From: Mobula hypostoma
Lineage: Eukaryota
NCBI RefSeq assembly: GCF_963921235.1
Contig: NC_086097.1
Coordinates: forward strand, 253,024,001 to 253,088,000
Reading direction: 5' to 3'
Length of the DNA stretch: 64,000 nt
The notes under the pieces were generated by a model, which was given only the letters and a program-made list of their open reading frames with translations, had not been told where the DNA came from and ran no database searches. The translations under genes and the position numbers were made by a program. Position 1 is the first letter of the stretch; each line of letters starts with the position of its first letter. This document shows positions 49,030-60,277 of the stretch, piece by piece.

Positions 49030-49365
49030 TATTCTATTATATTCTTCTCCAACCCATCACGCTTACTGGGGCATTGGCTAGCAACAGTAACTGGCCAGAG
49101 TCCTCTGTCCCAGGCCAGTCTTTCACGACACAGAATTGTACAGCACTACAGCACAGGAGCAGGCCTTTTGGTCCCTCTAGTCCGTGTTGAACTATCCCAC
49201 CCCCAACTGTAGCCCATCCTGGTGTGTCTTTCTTCTCCCAAGGATGAGCTCTTTGGAGTTTCTGTCGGTGTTTCTGTAGCTCTGGGTCTTTACGGGATGA
49301 GGTTGTGAGTCCCATGCCAGACCCTCCTCCTTTTGCAGACCTCGGGGACCATCCATGGTGGAGTT
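49030..49365 (-). mobile_element. Twister-headed RTE-derived short element (with a small CR1-tail insert ~49125-49200)
   Basis: Minus strand AA-CTCC-ACC-ATGGATGGTCCCC..AAAA-GGAG-GAGGG; 3' end 'ctggcctgggacagaggactctggcc...ccccagtaagcgtgatggg'. Confidence 0.7.
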
Positions 49366-49384
49366 GTGCAGAGATGATGATTTG

Positions 49385-49493
49385 GCCTCCTATAGAGCTT
49401 CCGGTGGTGTTTCTGTAGCTCTGGGTTTTTACGGGATGGGGTTGCTAGCCCCATGACCAACCCTCCTCCTTTCACAGCCGGGCTTGGGATCAT
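49385..49493 (-). ncRNA. Partial twister-like motif and downstream hairpin, copy 4
   Basis: Minus strand GATCCCAAGCCCGGCTGTGAAAGGAGGAGGGTTGGTCATGGGGCTAGCAACCCC; best-preserved 3' half of the motif. Confidence 0.7.
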
Positions 49494-49659
49494 TTTTATA
49501 GGATTGCTTTTATATTTTTTGTGTTTTTTATTGTCTTTGTGCTAATAGTGTGTTTTTTATACTGCTTTGAAGCTGGAGTAATAGTCATTTCATTCTCCTT
49601 TACGCTTGTGCACTGAAGAATGACAATAAACTATCTTGAATCTTGAAAACTGTTCAGTC

Positions 49660-50145
49660 TCAAAGGCTCATTTACTATTAAAGTGTGTATGCAGTGTACA
49701 ACTCTGAGATTCATCTTCTCCCGATAGCCACGAAGCAAAGAAAACCATGAAAGGCACTTCAGAACAAAACAGCAAACCCAGCCCCTGCAAAAAGGAATGG
49801 TAACACAATCATCAACCCCCACCGAACCCCATCTCCCTGCACAAAACTGCAACAAGAACATCGACCCCAAAATTCCCCTCCCCTACACAAAAACAGCAAC
49901 GAGAAAGAATGGGCGACAACGTAGAATATAAAAACCATAAGACTGAAAAAGTCCATAGTCTACAGATACAGATCTTCGGTAAAATCCATCATCAAAAGAG
50001 AGAGATACCATTGAAACGCAGAGGTCAGCCTGCATACGCAGCAATACTTCTCCTCTGGCAGCAGAGGGATCTCATCAGCAATCAAAAGGCAGGTAGTCAG
50101 CGCTGAACCCACACTCACCCTCTGCCTTCGTCTCCATGTTTTAAT
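49660..50145 (-). mobile_element. Unclassified interspersed repeat (unexpanded relative of 19366-21560)
   Basis: Shared 'tacaactctgagattcatcttctcccgatagccac...atcatcaaccccc...gactgaaaaa' and one 'gcagcagagggatctcatcagcaatcaaaaggca' unit. Confidence 0.6.
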
Positions 50146-50218
50146 CTGGGGATTGCTGTTTTATACTGGGACCTGCTTAAACGATGATGAAATCTTTGCC
50201 CATAAACCACTCTCAGCT

Positions 50219-50539
50219 TTTTTTTTAGGCATCCGTTAGTCTTGCAAGACCATGGATCTGTGCCTGGAAAGTCTTCACTCTCCAGGGCGCAGGCCTGGGC
50301 AAGGTTGTATGGAAGCCCAGCAGTTGCCCATGCTGCAAGTCTCCCCTCTCCACGACACCGATGTTGTCCAAGGGAAGGACATTAGGACCCATACAGCTTG
50401 GCACCAGTGTCGTCGCAGAGCAATGTGTGATTAAGTGCCTTGCTCAAGGAAACAACACATTCCCTCGGCTGGGGCCCGAACTCACGACCTTCAGGTAGCT
50501 AGTCCAATGCCTTAACCACTTGGCCACGTGCCCACACAT
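50219..50539 (-). mobile_element. tRNA-derived SINE with CORE-like domain
   Basis: Minus strand A box TGGCCAAGTGG, B box GAGTTCGGGCC, A-tail; TSD TCTCAGCT (50211-50218 / 50540-50547). Confidence 0.9.
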
Positions 50540-50597
50540 TCTCAGCTAGTTGACTTTTATTTGAGTGCACTTATATGATAAGTAACTACATCAGTGG

Positions 50598-51140
50598 AAA
50601 AGGGTGTAAGGGGTGTCCGGGAAGGAGCAGCCCCTCTGGTGAAGGGGGGTTGTGTCAATTCCGGGGCCGCTCACTCACCTTTGATCCCCACCGGGCCCTC
50701 AGCTCTCACCTGTGGCTCCAAGCAGCTGTCTGCATGTGACAGCGACCACACCCTGGTACACCACTTTGACAGGTGGGCTAAACCAGGTGAGGGCAGCTGG
50801 TGGGCCTCATACCCCAGAGAGGCAGGGACATGTCTGTCCTTGCATGCAACGCCACATCCAGTGGACTGGGCAGATGAGATCTACGGTGAGATCCAATGGC
50901 CAGGAAGATGGTTCTGCAAAGCTTTATGGAGAGTGAAGTACATGATGAGGCTCAGAGGGAGTCATGGTCATCCATTACAACCAAGGGAGACCCCAGTTTG
51001 TGATGACTACTCGTACCACTGGACCCAGACCTCCGAGGTCGAGACAATGGAACTGTCCCAGTGCAGTGGCTTCTCCACTTTAAAAACTCTCCCGCGCAGG
51101 TTTCCTGTCATCGTCGAAATGACGGACAAGCAAGCAACTT
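50598..51140 (+). mobile_element. Probable RTE-related non-autonomous element
   Basis: 5' half colinear with 54043-54602 (gggtgta.ggggtgtc.ggga, ctcagctctcacctgtggctcc); (caag)n tail. Confidence 0.55.
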
Positions 51141-51302
51141 AATCGATCACTGAAGTTGGCAATTTACTTCCCAAGGACCTCAGCACTCAAAATGAGTTCA
51201 GTACTTCTCCGTTTCAAAGACAGAGCACATATTCCACTGATCCTCAATGAAAATCCGCTGCTTCGCACCACTTAAGGCAAATCTGCAATACTGTTACCTT
51301 CA

Positions 51303-53255
51303 TAAACACAGGAAATTCTACAGGTGCTGGAAATCCAGAGCAACACACACGAAATGCTGGAGGAATTCAGCAGGTCAGGCAGCATCCATGGGGAGGGATG
51401 AACAGTGGATGGTTTTCATCAGGACCAAACAGGAACAGAGAAGAGGTCACAAATAAGAAGATAGGGAGATGGGGAATACATGCTGGAAGGTGATAGGTGG
51501 AAAAGGTAAAGGGCTGAAAAAGAAGGAATATGATAGGTGGACCATGAGAGAAAGGGAAGGAGAAGAAGCATCGGGGGAGGTGCTGAGCAGGTGAGGAGAG
51601 TGGAGCCAGAGTGGGGAGAGGAAAAATGTATGAGAACTGGGAGAAATCGATTTTATGCCATTAGGTTAGAGGTTACCAAACATAGAAACATAGAAACATA
51701 GAAAATAGATGCAGGAGTAGGCCATTCGGCCCTTCGAGCCTGCACCGCCATTCAGTATGATCATGGCTGATCATCCAACTCAGAACCCTGTACCAGCCTT
51801 CCCTCCATACCCCCTGATCCCTTTAGCCACAAGGGCCATATCTAACTCCCTCTTAAATATAGCCAATGAACTGGCCTCAACTGTTTCCTGTGGCAGAGAA
51901 TTCCACAGATTCACCACTCTCTGTGTGAAGAAGTTTTTCCTCATCTCGGTCCTAAAAGGCTTCCCCTTTATCCACAAACTGTGACCCCTTGTTCTGGACT
52001 TCCCCAACATCGGGAACAATCTTCCTGCATCTAGCCTGTCCAATCCCTTTAGGATTTTATATGTTTCAATCAGATCCCCCCTCAATCTTCTAAATTCCAA
52101 CGAGTACAAGCCCAGTTCATCCAGTCTTTCTTCATATGAAAGTCCTGCCATCCCAGGAATCAATCTGGTGAACCTTCTTTGTACTCCCTCTATGGCAAGG
52201 ATGTCTTTCCTCAGATTAGGGGACCAAACCTGCACACAATACTCCAGGTGTTGTCTCACCAAGGCCTTGTACAACTGCAGTACTACCTCCCTGCTCCTGT
52301 ACTCGAATCCTCTCGCTATAAATGCCAGCATACCATTTGCCTTTTTCACCACCTGCTGTACCTGCATGCCCACTTTCAATGACTGGTGTATAATGACACC
52401 CAGGTCTCATTGCACTTCCCCTTTTCCTAATCGGCCACCATTCAGATAATAATCTGGTTTCCTATTTTTGCCACCAAAGTGGATAACTTCACATTTATCC
52501 ACATTAAATTGCATCTGCCATGAATTTGCCCACTCACCCAACCTATCCAAGTCACTCTGCATCCTCTTAGCACCCTCCTCACAGCTAACACTGCCGCCCA
52601 GCTTCGTGTCATCCGCAAACTTTGAGATGCTGCATTTAATTCCCTCATCCAAGTCATTAATATATATTGTAAACAACTGGGGTCCCAGCACTGAGCCTTG
52701 CGGTACCCCACTAGTCACTGTCTGCCATTCTGAAGGTGGAATACCAAGGTGGAATATGAAAGGTTGCTCTTCTAACCTAAGAGTGACCTCATTCATCATG
52801 GCTGTAGATGAGGCCATGGACCAACATGTTGGAATGGAAACGGGTGATCAGAATTGAAATGGATGACCTCTGCGAATATGATCAATAAAGTGGGCCCTCT
52901 ATCTCAGCAACCTCCACCATCTTCAAAGGGATCCTATCACCAAACATAGCTCTATCTCCACTCTTCCCTCCCCCCCCCGCATGCACTACTTTCCGTGGGG
53001 ATCACCCTGTCTGTGATTCCCTTGACTATTCCTCCCTTCTGTCTAGTCTTTGTCCTGTCCCTGCAAGCAGCAGAGGCACTCCACCTGCCCATTCACCTCC
53101 TCCCTCACCTCCAGTCCTTCTCGTTGAGGTAAATTTCACCTGCAAATCTTTTGGGGTCAGCTATTGTGTCTGGTGCTCCAGGAGCGGCCTCCTCTATACT
53201 GGTGAGACCCGGCATAGGCTGGGGGACCGCTTTCTCCAGCACCTTCACTCCATCA
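51303..53255. mobile_element. Penelope-like remnants: minus-strand 3' end interrupted by CR1, then a plus-strand GIY-YIG piece
   Basis: 'EVTLRLEEQPFIFHLG' at 52735-52800; decayed 'GVSYCVWCSRSGLLYTGET' at ~53153-53210. Confidence 0.7.
51680..52733 (-). mobile_element. Young 5'-truncated CR1 (same subfamily as 8151-11107 and 35062-39295)
   Basis: ORFs 52407-52817 and 51780-52379; (tttctatg)n tail. Confidence 0.94.
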
Positions 53256-53265
53256 GGGTCAACAG

Positions 53266-53687
53266 GTTCAGGCCAAACATCAGAATGTTATCTAAGTGAC
53301 TTTGTCTGTGTAATGATTGTTGGTGCCAGATGGGGTGGTTTGAGTATCTCAGAAACTGCTGATCTGGGGTTTTCATGCACAGCAGTCTCTAGAGTTGGTG
53401 TGAAAAACAAAAAAAATTCAAGTGACTGACAGTTCTGTGGGCAAAAATGCCTTGCTAATGAGAGAGCTCAGAGGAGAATGGCCAAATGGCTCAAGGTGAG
53501 AGGAAGGTGACAGTAACTCAAGTAACCATGTGTCACAACCGTGGTGTGCAGTAGAGCATCTCTGAACGCACAACATGTCGTTGAACCTTAGAGTGGATGG
53601 GCTACAGCAACAGAAGACCACAAATGTACTTTCAGTGGCCATTTTATCACACACAGGCGGTAACTAATAAAGTAACCACTGAATGTA
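53266..53687 (+). mobile_element. Internally deleted Tc1-like DNA transposon
   Basis: Transposase N-terminus 'MIVGARWGGLSISETADL-GFS..VSRV...WMGYSNRRP'; decayed TIR 'taataaagtaaccactgaatg|ta'. Confidence 0.75.
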
Positions 53688-53810
53688 GATTTGTAATAAT
53701 ACTGATCAAAGCCTGTCGTGTGTACAGTATTTTAGTTGTTGTTGCCACCATCGTTGCTAGAATCACTGTAAGTCATTTGTGTTTTTCATGACTGTTTGAA
53801 ATACTCTTCT

Positions 53811-54675
53811 GGGCGCCATGGTAATGTAGTGGTTAGCGCGACACTATTACAGCTCAGAGAGCTGGAATTCAGAGTTCAATCCAGGCGTCCTCTGTAAGAA
53901 AGTTTATGCATTCTTCCCATGAACTGTGTGGGTTTCCTCTGAGTGCTCTGGTGTCCTCCCACATTCCAAAGGCCTACTTGTTCACAGGTCATTATAAATT
54001 GTCCTGTGATTAGGCTAGCTTTAAATCCATGGGGTGCTGAGTGTGTTCCTCCACCATCGACGTCGATGAGGACCTCGACACCATTATGATGGTGTCGAGA
54101 CTAGCGCGTGATTTGGATTTAAGTGAGGGAGAGTTGCGCAGCGTCAGCCTCACTCTCTCTTCCCAATTCCCATCTGGATCCAGTGGCAAGACAGAGTCTA
54201 GACGGCTGGAGATGGGACTAGGCGCAGTGGATGACCAGGACGTCTTCTGTATCTTGTCCCGCTCTACACGTTCCACGACTCTTGCAGAGACCGCCTTCTT
54301 GACCGTTGGACCTTCCACTGGTCTCGTCCGCTCAATCCGCCGGAGTCTGTCTTCACATGCTGGGATAGACAACTCCCTATCTCACTGAGGGTTTGAGACC
54401 CGTCGGCTACCCTCACCTGGTTTAGCCAGCTTGTCGAAGCCGTTGCCCGGGGTGTGGCCGCTGTCGCATGCAAACAGTTACGGGGAGCCACAGGTGAGAG
54501 CTGAGTGCGAGGTGGGGACCAAAGGTGGACTAACCACCTCGAAAAGGATGCGACATGTCCCCCCAGCAGAGGTGCTACCCCTCCCTGACACCCCATACAC
54601 CCGGTGCTGAGTAGCGCAGCTCGAATGGCTGTAAGGGCCTGTTCCAGGTAGTATCGCTAAAAAAATAAATAAGTA
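53811..54675 (+). mobile_element. V-SINE (HE1/HER1-like) interrupted at 54043-54602
   Basis: 'tagtggttagcg', B box GAGTTCAATCC, V domain 'gtgtgggtttcctctgagtgctctggtgtcctcccacattccaaag', (aaat)n tail. Confidence 0.8.
54043..54602 (-). mobile_element. Young CpG-rich non-autonomous retroelement (probably RTE-related)
   Basis: Exact 10-bp TSD GGTGCTGAGT (54033-54042 / 54603-54612); no pol III boxes seen. Confidence 0.8.
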
Positions 54676-56031
54676 AAGTCTTTTTGATTAATAAACCTTG
54701 AAGTAGGTTTTTTATTAATCAGGGCATTAAAAGTTATGGGGAGAGGCAGGAGAATGGGGTTGAGAGGGATAATAAATCAGCTATGAATGATTAGCAGAGC
54801 GGACTTGATGGGCTGAATGGCCTCATTCTGCTCCCATGTCGTATGGTCTTATGGTCTCAATAAAGAGTTAAATTGAATCAGTATGCAACTCAGTGGGAAG
54901 TGTGCGTGTGATCTTGTCTCCTTGGTACTATAATCATTTTTAAAGTCTTCTTAATATTAGAATGTTGCTATTAATTGCTGAAAAAGACTTTCTCAAGCAA
55001 TTTAATGATTGTCATGTGAGGTCTCCCCTCCATAATCTCTTGAGTGCAAAACATAAATCATGCAAAGGATACAATTCTTTTTCTTTCTGTGTCTTGGATT
55101 CTTTAAATTCTTCGAGAATTTGGGAGCAAGTGCCACCAAAGGGCGTTTGTAATTGATTGACAGTTAGTTTTTGCTACTATTAGGCCCTGCTGCTTGGATG
55201 CCCTTTGACCTCCTTGGAGCTAATTGACATTGATGTAAATGGTTTTATCTCCGTTGGAACTGCCCTGTAGATCATCTACTCAGGTGGTGGCAGTCATTAC
55301 CGAGGATTGGCAAAGAAAACAGTGACCATAGTCCCACTAACTACATCTCCAAATACAGCTCCCAATTCAGCACACTCCCCTGTAGCTACAGTTTTTATTT
55401 GGCTGGTCATGATCCACTATTTAAGCCCAGAAACTATGTTTTGAATGTAATCAATTTTTTTTTTGTGCAAAGATGTTATCAATGGCTTGAGTGAAATCTA
55501 AGTTAAGGTTCGATTACTGCTTCTCACATGTTTTTTGTCATTTGTGTGACTTGTTGTTTCCCTCACTGGGTGTTTGATGTTTTCTTTGAAAGGGTTCCAT
55601 GATGTTGGTTTCTGGTGGGGAGACAAATCTCAGGGTTGTATACTGCATACACACTTTGATAATAAATGTACCTTTTTAAACAATTTTTGGCTCGTGAGAT
55701 GATGATTTTCAGAATGAGAATCAGGTTTATTATCACTAACATATTTTATCTGTTTATTTATTTAATGAGATCCAGTGTGGAACAGGCCGTATATACAGTT
55801 TGTCTGTTTTGCACATTGATTGTTTGTCTCTCATTGTGTGCAGATTTTTCATTGATTCTTTTGTATTTCTTTGTTCTACCGTGAATGCCTGCAAGAAAAT
55901 TAATCTCAAGATTGTATATGGTGATGTGTACATATGTTGATAACAAATTTACTTTGTACTTTTGAAAAAACTCCTGTTCTCAGTATTATTTATTATTCTA
56001 CCATCAGGAGGAAGGTACAGAAGTCTCAGGA

Positions 56032-56221
56032 CCCACATCACCAGGTTCAGGAACAGTTATTACCCCTCAACCATCAGGTCCCACACCACCAGGTTCAGGA
56101 ACAGTTATTACCCCTCAACCATCAGGTCCCACACCACCAGGTTCAGGAACAGTTATTACCCCTCAACCAGCAGGTCCCACACCACCAGGTTCAGGAACAG
56201 TTATTACCCCTCAACCATCAG
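56032..56221 (+). repeat. Four tandem 48-bp copies within a Rex1/Babar-type 3' fragment
   Basis: Starts 56032, 56080, 56128, 56176; encodes HTTRFRNSYYPSTIRS. Confidence 0.95.
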
Positions 56222-57274
56222 CTTCTTGAAGCAGTGTGGATAATTCACTCACCTCTACTCTGATCTGATTCCACAACATACAGACTCACTTTCACAGAGT
56301 CTGCAACCCATGTTCTCAGTATTATTTATTTATTTGCCTGATTTGACTTCTTTTGCTCATTGGTTGTTTGTCGGTGTCTGTTTATTTATAGTTTTTCATG
56401 AATTCTATTGTTTTTCTTTATTTCTACTGTATTCCTTTATTTTCCTGTTCTGTTTCATTGATTTCTGTCTGCCTGTAAGGAGACAAGTCTCAAGGTTGTA
56501 TATTGCATACATACTTTTAATAATAAATGTACTTGGAGCTTTGAACTTTGAAAAGCTGGCAAGAAAATGAATCTGAAGATAGTATACGGTGACATATACA
56601 TACTTTGTTAATAATTACCTTGACTTTGACTTTGACATGCAGTCAGTCAGGTGAAGTTGGTACAAATGAATGCCCCTACTTGCTGTCAGTTTTGGGATTA
56701 GATTAATCAGATGATATTTTTCCTTAGCAGCTACATTTCATTAGGAGTCTGAGGCGATCTGGTTTTTCATCCAAAACACTTGAAAGCTTCTACAAATGTA
56801 GTGTGGAGAGCATTCGAACTGGCATTCTCCATCTGTTCTGGGGGGGGGGGGGGGGGTTGGTGACTACTGTACAGGGTTGAAGTAAGCTGCAGAGAGTTGT
56901 AAACTTAGTCAGCTCCATCATGAGCACTAAACTCTCCATTCAGAGGATTATGAGAGTGTGGAATGAGCTGCCAGCACAAGTGGTTCATGCAAACTTGGTT
57001 TCAACATTTAAGTGAAGTTGGAGAGGGTACCTGGATGGGAGGGGTATGGAGGGGTATGGTCCCAGTGCAGGTTGATGGGAGTAGGCAGTTTAAATAGTTC
57101 AGCACAGACTAGATGGGCCAAAGGGCCTGTTTTGGTGATGTACTTTTCCATGACTCTATGTCTCCTGTGAATGCCCACAAGAAAATGGATGTCAGGGTGG
57201 CATATGGTGAAATTTATGTAGTTTGATAATAAATTAACCAGGTTTCTACTTCTCTCAGCAGGTCAGGCAGCATC

Positions 57275-57468
57275 CATCGTTACCGTTCCTTCTCTGGCTT
57301 GTGGTGCTTGGCGTAGCAACCTTGCCACTTCCTTAGCATTGTTGTCTGTTTTTTACAAAACAGAATTGCTAGCTCCACGTTCAACCCAGATGAGTACAAG
57401 GAGCCGGCTGTATTTGAACCTGGGTCCATTTACCTTGAAGTCTGGTGCGGATGTTAAAATACCACCAG
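57275..57468 (-). mobile_element. Degenerate tRNA-derived SINE related to 22708-22956
   Basis: Minus strand ggtgg...GGTTCAAATAC...gggttgaacgtggagctagcaa...tgtaaaaaa. Confidence 0.6.
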
Positions 57469-57469
57469 C

Positions 57470-57860
57470 CAGCAGGCAGCATCTATGGAAGTGAATGAAC
57501 AGTTGACATTTTGGGCCAAGACCCTTCATTGGAACTGGAAAGGGAGGGGACAGAAGGTGGGGGGAGGGGAAGGCATGCAAGTTGGCAGGTGATAGGTGAG
57601 ACCAGGTGAGAGGGAAGGGATGCAGTGAGAATCTGGGAGGTAATGGGTAGAAAAGACAAAGGGCTGAAGTAGGAAATGGATAGAAGAGGACAGAGGTTCA
57701 AGGGAGAAAGGAAAGGTGAGGGGGCAGCAGAGGGAGGAAATGTGCCGGTGAGGAGAAGAGAAGGAGTAAGGGAGAGCCAGAATGGGAAATGGAAAAAGAG
57801 AGAAGAGGGAGGGCACAGAACTTGCCATTGGAGAAAGGGGAGGAGGAGGGGCACCAGGGG
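57470..57860 (-). mobile_element. Penelope-like pseudo-LTR remnant
   Basis: Purine-rich tract plus decayed hammerhead at ~57500-57538. Confidence 0.65.
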
Positions 57861-59559
57861 GATGTGATGGCTCTATACAAGATTAATTTTTGTTTTCAAA
57901 ACCAAGTCCGAGTCACATTTTTGGCATGAGCTTACTTACTTGGATTGGTAGCCTATTTGTTCAACATTCCATTTTTAGAGCTTAGTAAGCGAGCAATGGA
58001 CTGCAGGAGGACAGAGATGGGCTGAATATGCAGACGGATGGCACTGAGACAGCACAGAGGAGGGTGAAAAAATGCACATTGCCAGAGGCAACAGGAGGCA
58101 ATTTCAACTAAATTACAAACTCCAGAATGGTGTGCAGAGATAGAGAGAATGGGGTAAATATTAGCATTAATCCGTGAAAGTGGAAGGGCATAACACCATA
58201 TGACACAGGAGCAGATTTTAAGCCATTCAGCCCATCAATTCTACCCTACCACTCCATCATGGATGATCTATTATCCCTCCCAACCCAATTTTCCATCCTT
58301 CTCCCCATAATATTTGACACCCTGACTAATCAAGAACCTATCAACCTCCACTTTAATGACTGTACAGGCATTGACTTGACCTCGACAGCTGTTTGTGACA
58401 ATGAATCTCACAGATTCAGCGCCATCTGGCTAAAGAAATTCCTCCACCTCACATGTTGAGGAAGGGATTAGGAAAGTCTTCACAAATGTTCGACGTGTAG
58501 TCACTGTTATTGGAAATATACCAACTAATGCTGGACTGTAAAATGCCTGAATAACGTAAAATTTGCTCAGGACATGTGGTGTGCATTTCTGATCTTCCTA
58601 GGTTGTGGCTGTGTGAAGGAGCTGGAACTGCCCAGTTTAATATCTCATTGGATCATTGCCTTGTTGGTTACACATTTCAAGTTAAAATTTAATTGTAATT
58701 TAATCAAACATGAATGCCCATGAATACAGTCAAATGAAACAGTGTTTCTTTGGGACTAAGGTACAAAACACATAATCAATAGTCATACACAGTGCAGGGC
58801 ACATATATCACATACAAGATAGCAAGTAAACTTACAGCAACACAGAAATGGGTAGTCCAAGCCCCTGAGTGCATGAAAGTTGCAGCAGTCTGCAGCTGAA
58901 CACAATACAGCTTGTCTTCTGCTGAGCAAGCACTGGAGGGCAGCACTGACTCCAGCATGGATGCCATGCCATGCTGACTCTAACGCCTCTCTTCTGGGTG
59001 GCGGCAAACAGATAACACTGCAGTTTAAAGCCTAGTTTTTCACTGAGCAAACACTGGAGGGCAGCAACAATTCCAGCATGGATGCTGTGCGACATCCCCC
59101 TCAGCACCGATTCTCTTCTGGACGGCTTCAAAGTAGTACACGACTGTGGTAAACTTCCTTCCTTTTCCAACTTCTTATTCAGTGATGCTTCTAATATTTC
59201 CATTGCATCTGATATCCAACAGACGTTACTGATTCTGACATTATCTACATACATCCCCCCATTTCCTCCTCACCTGGATTCAGCTATCACCTGTCAGTGT
59301 GTACTCCTTTCCCTACCCCTCCCCTGCCGTCTCATTCTGGTGTCCTCCCACTTTCCTCTCCAGTCCTGGCCCAAATTGTCGACTGTTTATTCATTTTCAC
59401 AGATGCTGCCTGACATGCTGAGTTCCTCCAGCATTTTGTGTGTGTTATTTTGAATTTCCAGCATCTGCAGAATTTCTTGTGTTTATGATTACTAACCTGG
59501 CATTGATCCATAAACTCCTAACTTAACTTACTTACATTGGTACATATGCAAGAGGACTA

Positions 59560-59960
59560 GAATACTCTCCTTCACATGTTCTGCCAGTCTGTTGTCGCCA
59601 GTACAATCTTCTATGCGGTGGTGTGCTGGGGCAATGGCATCAACACGGGTGATGCCAACAGGCTCAATAAACTGATTAGAAAGGCTGGCTCTGTTATAGG
59701 AGACAAACTGGACACACTGGAGGCTGTGGTAGAACAAAGAATCATACAGAAAATATATGTAATTCTAGACAATGTTTCTCACACTCTGCATGCCACCTGG
59801 GCTGAACAGAGGAACACTTTTAGTAATAGACAAAGACAACTGCCCTGCTCTAAAGAGTGCTGTTTAAGGACATTCTTACCTTCAGCTAGTAGGCTCATCA
59901 GTCAACCTATAGCCAGGGAAGTGATCTTGTAATCTTTGATTGTAAATCTTGTACATCTTA
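59560..59960 (+). mobile_element. Rex1/Babar-type LINE 3' fragment
   Basis: 'MFCQSVVASTIFYAVVCWG...RLNKLIRKAGSVIG'. Confidence 0.75.
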
Positions 59961-60277
59961 TTTTTAAGGTAAATATAAGACATAGGAGCAGAATTAGGCC
60001 ATCTGCTCCGCCATTTCATCATGGCTCATCCAGTTTTCCTCTCAGCCCCAATCTCCTGCCTTCCCTCCATATCCCTTCATGATCTGACCAATCAAAAATC
60101 TATCAACTTCTGCCTAAAATATACATACAGGTTTGTCCTCCACAATGGCCTTTAGCAATGAATTACACCCATTCACCACTCTCTGGCTAAAGGAATCCCT
60201 CCTCATCTCCATTCTAAATGGGTGCCTGTTTATTCTGAGTCTGCGTCCTCTGGTCTTAGACTCTCCCACCATAAGAA

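Noticed and set aside
50594..51142. 182-aa ORF (and ORFs at 54010-54596) as host genes
   Set aside because: They lie within interspersed repeats, have no recognisable domain, and the frame is not conserved between related copies.
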